Shown: piece by piece, positions 1 through 12,978 of the stretch | Layout of the letters: each line of letters starts with the position of its first letter | Position numbering within the stretch: the stretch's first letter is position 1 | Assembly: GCF_009914755.1 (NCBI RefSeq) | Contig: NC_060945.1 | DNA length: 64,000 nucleotides | Strand: one strand, 5' to 3' | Source: the human T2T-CHM13v2.0 reference genome, Homo sapiens | Program-made: the position numbers and the translations under genes | Notes under the pieces: model-generated | Database searches by the model: none | What the model saw: the letters and a program-made list of their open reading frames with translations, nothing else | What the model was told of the DNA's origin: nothing

Positions 1-930
1 GAGAAAATTTTTGCAATCTATCCATCTGACAAAGGGCTAATATCCAGAATCTACAAGGATATTTAAATAAGTTTACAAGAAAAAAACAAACCACCCCATC
101 AAAAAATGGTGAAGGATATGAACAGACACTTCTCAAAGGAAGATATCTATGCGGCCAACAAACATAAGAAAAAAAGTTCATCATCACTTGTCATTAGAGA
201 AATGCAAATCAAAACCACAATGAGATGCCATCTCACGCCAGTTAGACTGGTGATCATTAAAAAGTCAGGAAACAACAGATGCTGGAGAGCATGTGAAGAA
301 ACAGGAATGCTTTCACACTGCTGGTGGGAGTGTAAATTAGTTCAACCTTTGTGGAAGACAGTGTGGTGATTCCTCAAGGATCTAGAAGCAGAAATATCAT
401 TTGACCCAGCAATCCCATTACTGGGTATATACCCAAAGGATTATAAATCATTCTACTATAAAGACACATGCACACGTATGTTTACTGCAGCACTATTCAC
501 AATAGCAAAGACTTGGAACCAACCCAAATGGCCATCAATGATAGACTGGATAAAGAAAATGTGGCACATATACACCATAGAATACTATGCAGCCATAAAA
601 AAAGAATGAGTTGATGTCCTTTGCAGGGACATGGATGAAGCTGGAAACCACCATTCTCAGCAAACTAACGCAGGAACAGAAAACCAAACACCACATGTTC
701 TCACTCATAAGTGGGAGGTGAACAATGAGAACACATGGACACAGGGAGGGGAACATCACACACCAGGGCCTGTTGAGGGGTGGAGGAATAGGAGAGGGAT
801 AGCATTAGGAGAAATACCTAATGTAGATGACGGGTTGATGGGTGCAGCAAACCACCATGGCCCATGTATACCTATGTAACAAACCTGCAAGTTCTGCACA
901 TGTATCTCAGAACTTAAGGTATAATAAAAA
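1..930 (+). mobile_element. L1PA (about L1PA6-8) 3' portion: disrupted ORF2 C-terminus, 3' UTR and A/TA tail; 5' part lies outside the window
   Basis: ORF 106-369 translates to L1 ORF2 C-terminal motifs (DMNRHFSKEDI..., [17 protein letters not shown]). Typical L1PA 3' UTR (gggatagcattaggagaaatacctaatgtagatgacggg) and AATAAA/A-rich end at about 922-945. Confidence 0.95.
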
Positions 931-1479
931 ATATATATATATATAAATGTTTTATTTAAGAGTATCATTCTGACCATCATGCCTCCCACCATGCCTACAC
1001 TAGCTCTGTCATATCTTGGTTTGTTAATGCATCAGACACCTCAGGTGATAGCCCATCACAGTCACCTACAGCTCAGGACCCAGGGGTGAACACCAAAATG
1101 GGCACCAGAATGTGTAGAGAAAGCTCCAGAAGAAGCAGGAACCCATGTCTCTTCCCATTTGATCTATTCTTGTTGTGTGTGTGTGTGTTCATGTATGTGC
1201 AAGTGTCTATGTGTGTGTTTCTCCCAAGTTACCTCAAGAAAACTTGATCACCAACGACTCCAGCAGGCTGGACTTCTTGCTACAGAGAAACAACTCTGGT
1301 GAGTAGGTTTTCTTTGTTTTCCTACAAGGAAAGACTAACGATGGCAGGGTTCAGGAATGTATCAATATAGGATGTCGTTGTTTAAAAAAGGAAAAAGAGT
1401 CGAAGGTTCTCTGTTTCAGGGAATGGAGGAATAACAAGATGAAAGCAATAGGAAAAATGAACTGGCACGAAAGAGTTGG

Positions 1480-2070
1480 CTCCAGGAACTTCTCCTATGC
1501 CTCTTCAACTCTAAAATCAGAAAGGTAAAACTGGAGAGCCACTGGAGCATGGAGGGTAGGTTTCCGAGCTGCACACTTAGAGCTGCACATGAGTTCCCCA
1601 AAAGAGTAAAGGTGGAGGCCTTAGAAGACACGGTGAGGACTCCAGGAGGGGAAGAAGAGGACGAACACTCAGGAACAAAAGCAGCAAAGGCAGTCATAGT
1701 TACAGATGCCAAAGAGGAAAAAAGGAGAACAAATTCCCATCAAAGCAGGAGGGTGTTTTGAGAAAGAATGGGTGGTCAACTGCGCTAAATGTTGGAAAGA
1801 GATTATGAGGAAGGCAAGAGGACAGAGACACAAAGCTTTTTCAGTAAGGTAGCCACTGGTGTCTTTGGGTGGCATATTTGTAATAGAATGGTGGGGACAA
1901 TCACCAATAATTACACCTCGCATTACCTCACCAGTAAGCAGAGGCCGCACATGAGGAGACAGACCAGCAAAACTAGGACAGAGAAAGCATATAGTAGGAA
2001 GATTGAACACAACCAAGTGTGAGATTTGGGCATAGGAAATGTATAGATAATGGCTGGGTAACGGCAATAG
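1480..2070 (-). mobile_element. Degenerate L2 fragment
   Basis: Purine-rich plus strand with L2-antisense-like phrases (gggtggtcaactgcgctaaatgttgg). Boundaries approximate. Confidence 0.5.
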
Positions 2071-3014
2071 GATGGAAGAGATGCAAAAGGGCCCAACCTA
2101 GAACATGAAGGACCCACTGGGGTGGGGATAGGGTGGACCAGCCTTGAAATCATTTCAGCAAGCAGAGCCCAATGTGCAAAGGGGTGCAAAGCAGAGCCCG
2201 ATGTTGCAACTAACCAGCAGTCACCCAGGCAGGCAGACAGCATGGGGCAGGGGAGAGAGGAGAACGCCTTTGCATCATGGTGAACCGTGATGTTTTTCAA
2301 CAAGTAAACTGAATCAGGAACAGGAAGAAATCCGGAACAAGAAATATTCTAGGAAGTCAGCTGAAAGGCAGCCAAGCTGCATTAGAGAATCAGTGGCGAT
2401 AACCGGGCTCCCATCAACAGACTGTGTGGTTCAGGGGCAAGACTCCAGCCCCCGGGGAGAGCTGGCAAGGGCAAGAAGAAAGGGCTGGATCCATGGAGGA
2501 GTGGAGGAGCAGGCTCCCAAAGACAGATCAGTGGCTTGAGACTTTGTGAGCCAGTGAGCAGACCTGGGTGCAAAGCAGGACTGAAAGGGCCAAAAGAGTG
2601 AGTCATCGCAGCCCAGAGCACTGGGCCAGAACTCCTCAGCCCCTTCCACGAGCAGGGCAGAGACGGCCTGGGCAGTAGCATGTTTGGCTCAAAGACTCCC
2701 AGCAGAAGAGGACGGCAAAGGCTGAGAATCAGGCAGGAGTCAAAGAAGGGGTGCTTTAAGGTAAGGGGAAGGCTTAAACAGAAAAAGCAGAAGGAAGGGT
2801 AAGAAAGAGTTCAGAGACAGGGTCATAAGCATTTTGTAAGGCTAAGGCCAAGGAAGAAGTGGGAAGGCATAAAATACCCAGCGAATACTTGGCCTTGCTC
2901 TCCTCAGATCTAACCAGTTGCAGACCTAGAGCTACTCTAGAATAATTGTTAATTGAATGTGATGCACCCTGAAAGGCACCCAATCAGAAGATTTGAGATT
3001 GATCTGCTGTGTGA

Positions 3015-3190
3015 GGGCCAAGGAAGAATTTCTCGATTGCGAGGACTGACAAACACCCACGCAAGTCCCTACAAGAGGTTATGAACATTTTCTTCTTTCG
3101 AAATTACTTTTTCGCCGTGCAGATTTTCATACTCTGAGATACTTGGTGAGTATGGTTCTAACCGAAGGCAAAGCAACAAGTTCAATAACC
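3015..3190 (+). mobile_element. L3/CR1 (or MIR3) 3' end relic
   Basis: aggaagaatttctcgattgcgaggactgacaaacac...gaggttatgaa resembles the L3/MIR3 3' end consensus. Confidence 0.5.
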
Positions 3191-4195
3191 CCACAGGGAA
3201 CTCAGCAGCCCCGCTCCTTGTCTTCCAAAGCTGTCCAGCTCCTCCTCCCAGTGGCTGGTTTTCAGTTTTGCAACTCTTGAAATTCAGATTGATAACTTGG
3301 GCACCCTTTTAGTGGAGATGGCTGAAAAAGTAGATTTCTTCTTAGCCAAACAAAGGCTTCAAAAGCATCTCTTACAATTTTAAGCTTTTCAAATGGCTTC
3401 AAAATTCACAAGTACCCATAACAACTTTTTAAAACTTTGTGACTTTAGATCGACACCCAGAAAATTGTACGCTGGGTTTTCCCTTAAGGAGAGAACATTT
3501 TGGATTTGCTTTTGTTAGTTTCAAATGAATGACCTCATCATTGGATTAATACCTAAACCAAAAGGATGAATGGCTTGTGCTACTTCAGCTGGGGAGTCCA
3601 GGAACCTGGAGGATGCTGCGGAGCCATTCAGAGGGATCTTGGCATGTAGCATGTTCTCAAAACTTTGAAGCAGCAATGACAATGAGAAGAAGGAGGAGGC
3701 AGAGGAAGCAGTAGAGGCTCTAATGAAATTCATTGCCTGAATATTAAAAGCATTCAATAATGGGCTCAAATCAATCCATTGATGGTGCATCCAAAAACAG
3801 CTATAAAGGAAAGCTAGGGATATTTGTGCTATGTCATCATATTTTGAAGGTTAACACTATGAATAACAGCCTACCCTTCTTTACTAAATATGTTGGTGCC
3901 ACTTAGAATCCTGAGAATCTTAGGGGTATTTTTCAACTGAAATGGGTATTTTTAACTAGAAACTCAAGTGGTCTGTGGCCACAAATTGAGAAGACCTGGC
4001 CTAGTGAACCATGTTGGCAAACATTCTGCCTATGCCTATGAAATAATAGATGCTCAAGGCATCATTTCACATCATAATAGCAGAAATCTAGTTCTTCCAG
4101 GGCTAAAGCAGAAGGAGGTAAGGGTCTGATGCTCTGACTTGAGACACAGCCACAGAGAGAATGATTCACATGTGTGTATCTTAAATCAGTACTCA

Positions 4196-4654
<459 letters not shown>

Positions 4655-5045
4655 TTAAATTTTTTAAATGTTCTGAATTTAAGAACCTGACTTTCTCTGT
4701 CTGTGGGAGTATCAACTGCAGATACAGAATGCACTCAGATCTCACTTTGGATTTACTCAGGTCCCAGTAATGAGCTCCTGTGCAATGCCCAGGGCTATGC
4801 TCTGAAGATGCAGGAAGGGAAGATCTTAAACTACATGATTTTGGAAGGCAAATGTAGATACCCACCAATCTCTACTACAATGCTGCTTTATGTGGTCCCC
4901 AAGAACCTCTGACTTGATGAGTACTGATGGGCCCCCAAAATAAACTCGGGGCTAATGTCGAGCAGGAAACAAAGTGCATTAACCTGTTGGGTAAAATTAA
5001 TTAATAATTATCTCTCTCAACACGAAAGAAGCCCTGCTAGGAATT

Positions 5046-5338
5046 TTTATTTCACTAATTTTTTGGAGACAGAGGCTTACTCTGTCACCCAGGCTGGAGT
5101 GCAGTGGCATGATCTCAGCTCACTGCAGCTCCCAGGTTCAAGTGACTCTCGTGCCTTAGCCTCCGAAGTAGGTGGGATTACAGGCACCCACCACCACACT
5201 CAGTTAATTTTTGTATTTTTAGTGAAGATGGGTTTTCACCATGTTGGCCAGGCTGGTCTCGAACTCCTGACCACAAGTGATCTGCCTGCCTCGGCTTCCT
5301 AAAGTGTTAGGATTACAGGCATGAGCCACTGTGCCCAG
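5046..5338 (-). mobile_element. AluS
   Basis: Antisense Alu with exact 12-bp TSD CTGCTAGGAATT at 5034-5045 and 5341-5352. Confidence 0.96.
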
Positions 5339-5382
5339 TACTGCTAGGAATTATCTTGGCTGTCTTTCTGACATTCATTTGT

Positions 5383-5979
5383 TGTGAGACAGAGGCTCAC
5401 TTGTCCAAACCCAAAGAATGGACTCAGAGACCTGGAAAACAGCAAAAGCGACACTTTTAATGACAGTCTTGCAAGATCGAGTGTCTGATGGGAAGGCACA
5501 CCCAGCACAGTTACAACAAGCAGTTTATCCCCTAGTGTGCAGGTCCCTCCCCCAGTTCCTCATAGGCTGAGAACTATGGGGTCACAATCTTCCCAGACGT
5601 CGCCTATTGGTTGTTGGGTTGGGGCTTTAGGTGGTTTCTTTAAGGTTGTCTTGCTGCATTTTGTTGCAGCCCACAATGCATTACAATCCTAGTCAGCTCA
5701 GGGGCTCTTTAAGTATCTGACTTATGTCCTAAGTAGCTGGGCAGCTCATAAGAACAGACAAAGCAAGCTATTTTGCAGGCTAGTAAACTTTCATCTTAGA
5801 CTAAACTTTTTTGGATTAGGTGAAGGCAACTAAGGGACGGGGGTGGGGTGCCAACAAGCAGGCATCAGCTATCCAAGCAGGGGCCTAGTATATCCTGTTT
5901 TTTTCTGTAGTTTGCTGACCTAAGCCAATTTAAGTCACTTTGTCTTAGAAATGGACCACTATATACATTATTTCCTTCA
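5383..5979 (-). mobile_element. ERV1-class solo LTR (LTR15-like, family uncertain)
   Basis: TG...CA termini, exact 5-bp TSD TTTGT (5378-5382 and 5980-5984), ATTAAA polyA signal on the minus strand (about 5456-5461). The minus strand begins TGAAGGAAATAATGTATATAGTGGTCC. Confidence 0.8.
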
Positions 5980-6014
5980 TTTGTGAGGAAAGATTATTAT
6001 TACAAATAGAAATT

Positions 6015-6226
6015 GCTAATATTTATTGACCACTGACCTTCTGCACTGCACCAATCTTACATATATTAACTCACTTAAATTCTCAACAATCTAGTGAGGG
6101 TTTACTATTTTGCATCCTAGATAATTAAGGGACACAGAAGTTAAATTCCTTGCTCAAAATCTTATAGGTGACAGAACAAAGATTGAAACCCGAGCACTCT
6201 GGATCCTGGGCATAAACTCTTAACCA
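6015..6226 (-). mobile_element. MIR
   Basis: Antisense MIR core (cacttaaattctcaacaat...aagttaaattccttgctcaaa...gattgaaaccc...ctcttaaccac). Confidence 0.8.
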
Positions 6227-7074
6227 CCCCTCTCATTTCCTCTGAAAAATTAACAGATTCACTCATAGTGGGCCTACTTCTATTTTTAAGTGTAAACATT
6301 TTTGTCCTCAGATATTTTGACCCTCATAAGTTTACCATGCTAGGATTTTCTTGTTTTGTCTTTCAGAGCAAGGACACAGGCTCATCCAATGTTTTAGTAC
6401 ACTGCTACCTAAAATCAAAGAAATAAGATCTTATTTGTTCTAACAAAAGACCTGCTTCACAATAGAAATAAAAATGGTCTCTTTGTTCATTTACTGAACA
6501 AACCCAAAAACATATGTTTTTGGGACAAACCCAAAAACATAGCTCAGTCTAGTAAACTTCTCCAAAATATGCATGTTATACATTTTTGAGATACCTCTTG
6601 TGTTATATATCTGGTGGGAAAAAAAAGGGAGCTTTGATCATAGCACATGCATCAACAAAAAATTTTCACTCTAAACCTCAGTTTGAATATGGTTTAAAAG
6701 AAAATTGTAAAGCGTTTCCTCTCCCAGTGTTAACCAAATAGAGGTTGTTGGAAAAACAATCCTGGGAACTGGGTGTGGGTCTGGGCCCTGAAACTAGATT
6801 GCACCAGCACCAATTTACATGAAGGATTACATAAAGTTTTGGACATGGTACTGAGCAATTTTGCCAGTTTCAACTGTCCAGCATCTTAACCTCATTTCCA
6901 TATTTGGGGACTTCTGACACATACTACCCACCATGAAAGCCTATCACTACAGCAGCTGAAATGCCAGGGCCCTGGGTAGAAGGTTGGTCACATGACCTCT
7001 CATGGCCAATCAGGTTCCCTGGCTGGGACTTTGACTTTGGGCTGAGAGCCCCAGCTTTAATTTTCACTACATTT

Positions 7075-7225
7075 ATCATTTCATCTATTGTGTTTCCTCC
7101 ACAGACAAATGTAATGCTCCATGAAGGCAGTCAACTTTGTTCACTGCTGTATTCCTAGTGCCTAAAATAATGTCTGACTCATAACAAGAAAATATGTACA
7201 AATACATATTTCTTGAATGAATAAA
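7075..7225 (+). mobile_element. L2 3' end
   Basis: aatgtaatgctccatgaaggcag...ttgttcactgctgtattcctagtgccta...gaatgaat, the characteristic L2 3' terminus. Confidence 0.75.
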
Positions 7226-7377
7226 ATATGTCTTGTTATCTGAATCAATTCTTTTAATTTCTAAGATCTCAAATTCTCTTGTATAATAGCTGATTCCTAA
7301 TTTATGGATATGGTAGCCACGCTTATTTCCAAAACATGATATTTACATTAATGATCTTCTATTAGCTCTATAAGCTC

Positions 7378-7742
7378 TGATGTGGTTTTGCTGTGTCGCC
7401 ACCCAAATGTCATCTTGAATTGTAGCTTTCATAATCCCCATGTGTCTTGGGAGGGAGCCTGTGGGAGGTAATTGAATCATGGGGGGCAGTTTCCCCCATA
7501 CTGTTCTCATGTTAATGAACAAGTCTCACAAAATCTGATAGTTTTTTAAAGGGGAGTTCATCTGCACATGCTCTGTTGCCTGCCACCATATAAGACGTGC
7601 CTCTGCTCCTCCTTCACCTTCCACCATGACTGTGAGGCCTCCCTAGCCATGTGGAACTGTGAGTCCATAAAACCTGTTTTTCTTTATAAATTACCCAGTT
7701 TGGGGTATGTCTTTATTAGCAGAGTGAGAACAGACTAATATA
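7378..7742 (+). mobile_element. THE1 (C/D-like) MaLR solo LTR
   Basis: Starts TGATGTGGTTTTGCTGTGTCGCCACCCAAATGTCATCTTGAATTG and ends GACTAATATA. Exact 5-bp TSD AGCTC. Confidence 0.93.
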
Positions 7743-8399
7743 AGCTCTGTTTCCTTGGGTATTATTTCTTCTTCACTGTGACTTTGTGCCTCTGTTTCCT
7801 AAAATCTTTGCTTCTTTGTTGTCAGAGAGGGGATAGATGGATGCATGTGCAAAGCAAGGCTAACTGACTATAACCTTTCCCCCAGCATTATGCATAATAA
7901 AGATGTTCATTCATTCATTCTTTCATCCAACCATTGTTATTAAGAGAAAGACACAATGGGGCAAAACAAGAATATTTTATTGTTTTGTGGGAGAATGTGT
8001 TCACCCCTTCCATTTTGCAACTTGTTCTCCTGAGCAAAACTCTACATATTTTTTCCCATAGCATAACTTAAAAGGATATTTTTTTAGAGAGTAGATTATC
8101 ACCATTTTGAAGATGGGAACTTCCAAACTCCAAAAAAAACAAAATAGTACAAAATTTTCCAGACATATGGGATTATCAACCACTGCCAATCACCTTACAG
8201 ACCAAGAAGTGTTCAAGAACAGTGTTAGGCAAATATTGCCCCAATATTTAAAACGGGTGGGGAGACTCATACAATAGAACACAATGCTTAATATTAACCC
8301 CCTAAAATCTAGAGCAAATTAACAAAGAGCTATTATAAAGTCTGGATAATTTGACACATATACACCCATATCCCACTTTACATTTTACTCTTTAGGCAG

Positions 8400-8660
8400 A
8401 AAATCCCTGGTTGCTTCTACAATAACCCTTGACATCACCATCATAGATGTCCTCCACTTGAAACTCCAGTCTGTCTGTCTGCCTGTTATAAATTGCAATA
8501 TTCAGAACCAGAAATAGTATTCCAGACAACATGAGAGTATGGAACCACTAATCACTATTTGGATATCAATTCATGTCTACCAAAATAGCCTGTGATTTCA
8601 TTTCTCTTTTACCAACCTCTACACACTGCACATTGGAACTGCTCCTGAACCAACCATTCC
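8400..8660 (-). mobile_element. L3/CR1 fragment
   Basis: cagaaccagaaatagtattccagac...gcctgtgatttcatttctctttt resembles antisense L3. Boundaries approximate. Confidence 0.45.
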
Positions 8661-9189
8661 ACATTCTTTCCACATATTTCATGAAAAGGTAAAGACACAT
8701 GACCCAGATGGCAAACTTGGTATATTCACCTAGCTCTTTTCCTACTCCACACCCTTAGAAATGACAGGAGAGATGTTTTATTACATACTGAAACCGTAAG
8801 AGCTGCGCCAAACAAGGAACAGTACCCAACATTAACCAGAAATTTTGAGACAAAAAGCAGAAAGATATAAGGCAGACAGGATCAACTTGTTGGAGAAAAC
8901 GACAGCCAAACACTTGTACACTTGTAGCAGGAGAGGCCTGCCAGAGAGAGAAGTGGTTACAGAGTACTCCAAGCTCTCAGGGGATGGGTCCAAGAAGCAA
9001 GAAGGCAAATGGGGAAAAACAATAGGAGATTAACAGGGTCACTGCATTTAGAGCAGCCACATCTCTTGGCTCCTCCTTCCTCCCGCTCTTGAATTGAGTG
9101 GTGACCAACAGCAGCATATTGCACAGGCTAAAGTGATGAGTGGGGCACTTAAGTCTAAGAGGCATCATTCTAACTGAACCTATGGAACC

Positions 9190-9955
9190 TATGGCAGAAA
9201 GTGGCCTTATGCTCACCAGGCTTATCTTCCTTTCCCTGGGCACACAGAAAGACTGTATTTGCCAGTTTTCTTTCAGTTATGTTGAGATCATATAACTAGT
9301 TTCCAGCCAATGGATAGCAGTGAAATGTACCCCTTCCAGGCCTGGCCATACAATGCCCCATTTTATGCTCCTTGTTCTTCCCTCTCTAAAAGTAAAGGAT
9401 CTGTATCAGTCCATTCTTGCATTGCTATAAAGAAATACCTGAGACTGGGTAATTTTATAAAAGAGGTTTAACTGGCTGACGGTTCTGCAGGCTGTTTGGG
9501 AAGCATAGTGGCATCTGCTTCCAGGGAGGCCTCAGAGAGCTTTTACTCATAGCAGAAGGCAAAGTGGGAACAGGCACTTCACAGACCAAAAACAGGAGCG
9601 AGGGTAGGGGAGAGCTGCCACACTTTTCAACAATCAGATCTCGCAAGAACCCATCCAGTACCACGAAAACAGTACCAAGAGAATGGTGCTAAACTATTCA
9701 TGAGAAATCCAACTCTATGATCTAATTATCTTCCACTAAGCCCCGCCTCCAATATTGAGGATTACAGTTCAATATAGGATGTGGTGGGGACAGCATCCAA
9801 ACTAGATCAGGATCCAATTAAGATTTGTGAGGAGCCCTGGAAAGAGGACAATGCCCCAAGATGGAAACAGCCGGGATCCTAAGAGTAATCGAGAGAAAAA
9901 TAAATCTTTATTGAGCTACTCAGATTTTTGGATTATTTCTTACAGCTGACAAATT
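9190..9955 (+). mobile_element. Old MLT1-type LTR interrupted by an MST LTR
   Basis: cttcctttccctgggcacacagaaagactgtatttgccag...ccagccaatgga on the left and gaaaaataaatctttattg on the right of the MST insertion. Confidence 0.6.
9402..9809 (-). mobile_element. MSTA/MSTB MaLR solo LTR
   Basis: TGTATCAGTCCATTCTTGCATTGCTATAAAGAAATACCTGAGACTGGG...CAAACTAGATCA. Exact 5-bp TSD GGATC. Confidence 0.93.
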
Positions 9956-10035
9956 ATCCAACAAATATTATAGTGAAAGAAGCCCTGAGAGGATATGGAG
10001 GTACCACAAGAGAAAACACTTACGCAGCATCTCCA

Positions 10036-10528
10036 TCATCTCAGTCAAGGTATTGACAGGAAATTGATGGCATGCTTGAAGGTTTAACCAAAGAGAAATT
10101 TACAAATGGACTATTTCCAGAGGTAAAGATGGGGCTGAGGGAACCATCAAGGGATGATAAAGCTCCCAGAAGTTAGCAATAGTGGAAAACCATGACCTCC
10201 CTCGGTCCTGAAGGGAGAGGAGAAGGAGCAGTTACCAGAAACCAGGGAGGATAGTAGCCACAATAGAGAGTGTCCCACCAGGAGTTCTCGCTGTAGATTA
10301 GAAAATACCACCACTGCCTAGCCCAGGGCAGGGAAGAAAGGAAGAGCAATACTCCAACCTTTCTTCCTATCCTCCAGCTTCAGTGGGAGTCTCCCTTTGA
10401 CTGGACCAGTTGGAAGGCTGACGGCAAGGGAAGTCCACTGATGCAGAGATCAGCTTCCTGGGGCCCAGAAGAAGGCAAATTGGGACAGAGCTTGGACCTG
10501 GAAGACAAACTGAAAAAAACCAGAACAT
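10036..10528 (-). mobile_element. ERVL-class LTR (LTR41/LTR33-like)
   Basis: The minus strand starts TGTTCTGG...CAGTTTGTCTTCCAGGTCCAAGCTCTGTCCC, resembling the LTR33/41 5' end. Confidence 0.55.
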
Positions 10529-11884
10529 CCTCCCAGCAGATCATCATGCCCAACCCCCAGTCACCAGAGATAAGCACCTGTGGTCAGCACTGGCATCCAC
10601 AGAGGGGCAGATAGTGTTCCAAAAGCAAAATTGAGCAGACAACAGGGAATCAAAGACTTAAGGAAAGAGAGGCATAAAAGTCACCGTGAAGAAGAAATAA
10701 TACCAAAGGAAACATAACTCATAGAGCAGACAGAAGAGGATTGCTGTGTCAAGTTTTAAAAATACAAGCGTGGCTACGATATCCATAAATTAGGAAACAG
10801 CTATTATATAAGAGAAGTAAAATTAGAAATTAAAAATTTTTAAACAGACAATAAAACATTGATTGGATAAACAGAATTACAAAAAGTTCATAGTTAAATG
10901 GTAACTTGTTGATCTGGAAAATCAAGCCAAGGGATTATTTACAAATATGTAATCAAAAGGGAAAAACAGATAATTTTTTTTTATAAAATTTCAATATCTA
11001 CCTAATGAAAATACTAGAAATAGAAAAAAGAAAATTTTAGAAATGGAAAAGAAGAAGTAATTAAGAAACAAAAAGAAAATTTCCCAAGACCAAAGAAACA
11101 TTTGAATTAAAAATGCTCATCACTTTCAAAAATACCTGCCCTTTGACATACAGTTGTAAATTTTAAAAGTTCAGAGCTAGATAGAAAATTCTAAATGCCT
11201 CCTGAGAAAATAAGCAGCCTACCTGAAATGGATGAGTGTCTGACCAGCACCAAATTTCTCTTTGACAATACTTGAGGCTAAAAGACAATACAGTAATACC
11301 TTAAAAGTTCAAAAGAATTACTTTGAATCTAAATCCTGATTCTTATTCAAGTCAACATTCAAAAGGAAAAACAAAATAAAGACATTTTCATAAACCTTTA
11401 AAGATTCTGAAAGTTAACCTTTCACACACAGACCTTCTCTAACAGATTTAATCAAGCAAAAGAGAATTCAAAAAGGGGAAAATGTTGGGCCCAAGAACTA
11501 ACAGTATACAGAGAAACCAGTGAAGTACACTTTGGAAATATATTTTACAATTTTTAACAACAATCTGCAACTAAACCAAAATATCTCAACATGAGAGGTG
11601 GTGGTGTTGGGGGAATAAAGGGGATGAAGTGAAAACATGGTAAGGTTCTAGTTTTGTTTGGGGTGTGCAGTAGAAATAGATACCCACTGATTCAAAATAT
11701 TAATAAATAATCTAGCAATGAGAAAAGAGATATAACTCTCAATATAAGATCTTATACATAAAAAAATAAGTGCTATATTAAAAATAAATGTGACCATCTC
11801 AAAAAATGTGCAATTTTCTACAAAACTGTAAATTAATCAAAATTGATCCCAAAAAAGATAGAAAATGTGAATAGACTGATAGAC

Positions 11885-12499
11885 TGTTGACAAAAAGAGT
11901 CAAACTCTAAAATATTTGAAAAGCCAAATATGTGTGACCAATGGCCTGTGACACAGCCCCATGAGATGCTGAGAACATGTGCCCAAAGTGTTCAGGCTAC
12001 AGCTTGGTTTTATATATTTTGGGGAGACATAAGACGTTAATTGATACATGTAAGATGAACATTGGTTCAGTCCAGAAAGGTATGACAACTGAAAGTGGGG
12101 GTCATAGGTGGAATAAAAGATTTTCTGATGGGCAATTGGTTGAAAGAGTTATTATCTAAAGACGTGGAATGTCTGGGTTAATATAAGGGGTTGTGGAGAC
12201 CAAGGCTTTATCATGCAAATGAAGCCTCCAGGTACCAAGCTTCAGAGAGAATAGATTGTAAATGTTTCTTTTCAGACTCAAAGAGACTATTCTATTCAGT
12301 CTTTATATCTTTGTGCTGACATTAATGTTGGTCAGCTGTGCCTGAATTCCAAAAGGGAGGAGGGTATAATGAAGCATGTTCAAGTGCCCCTTCTCATCAT
12401 GGCCTGAACTTGTTTTTCAGGTTAACTTTGGAATGCCATTGGCCAAGAGGAGGGTTCATCAGTCAGTTGGGGGGCTTACAGTTTTATTTTTGGTTTACA
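11885..12499 (-). mobile_element. MER4-family ERV1 solo LTR
   Basis: The minus strand begins TGTAAACCAAAAATAAAAC...AAGCCCCCCAAC (MER4 signature). TG...CA ends, near-TSD AGAC/ATAC. Confidence 0.9.
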
Positions 12500-12601
12500 A
12501 TACACTTATAAAAATTGAAAATATAGTCAAAGCTCTAATCCATTAAAAAACAGGTACCAATTCCAGATAATTTTATGGAGATTTCTACTCCTTGAAGCAA
12601 G

Positions 12602-12978
12602 TATATTAGTTCGTTCTCATGCTGCTAATAAAGACATACACAAGACTAGGTAATTTATAAAGGAAAGAGGTTTAATTGACTCACAGTTCTGCAGGGCTGG
12701 GAAGGCCTCAGGAAACTTACAATCATGGCAAAGGGGAAGCAAACATGTCCTTCTTCACATGGTGGCAGGAAGGAAAAGAATGAGTGCCCAGCAAAGGGGA
12801 AAGCCACATATAAAACCCTCAGATCTTGTGAGAACTAACTCTCTATCATGAGAACAAGATGGGGGAAACAGCCCCCATGATTCAATTATCTCCACCTGGT
12901 TCCTCCCACAACATGTAGGGATTATGGGAACTACAATTCAAGATGAGATTTTGATGGGGACAGAGCCCAACCATATCA
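12602..12978 (-). mobile_element. THE1 (C/D-like) MaLR solo LTR
   Basis: tattagttcgttctcatgctgctaataaagacatac...ccaaccatatca. Near-TSD GCAAG/GCTAG. Confidence 0.92.

Noticed and set aside
106-369. 87-aa ORF with real protein similarity (also 17857-18096)
   Set aside because: These are L1 ORF2 remnants broken by stops and frameshifts, not host genes.
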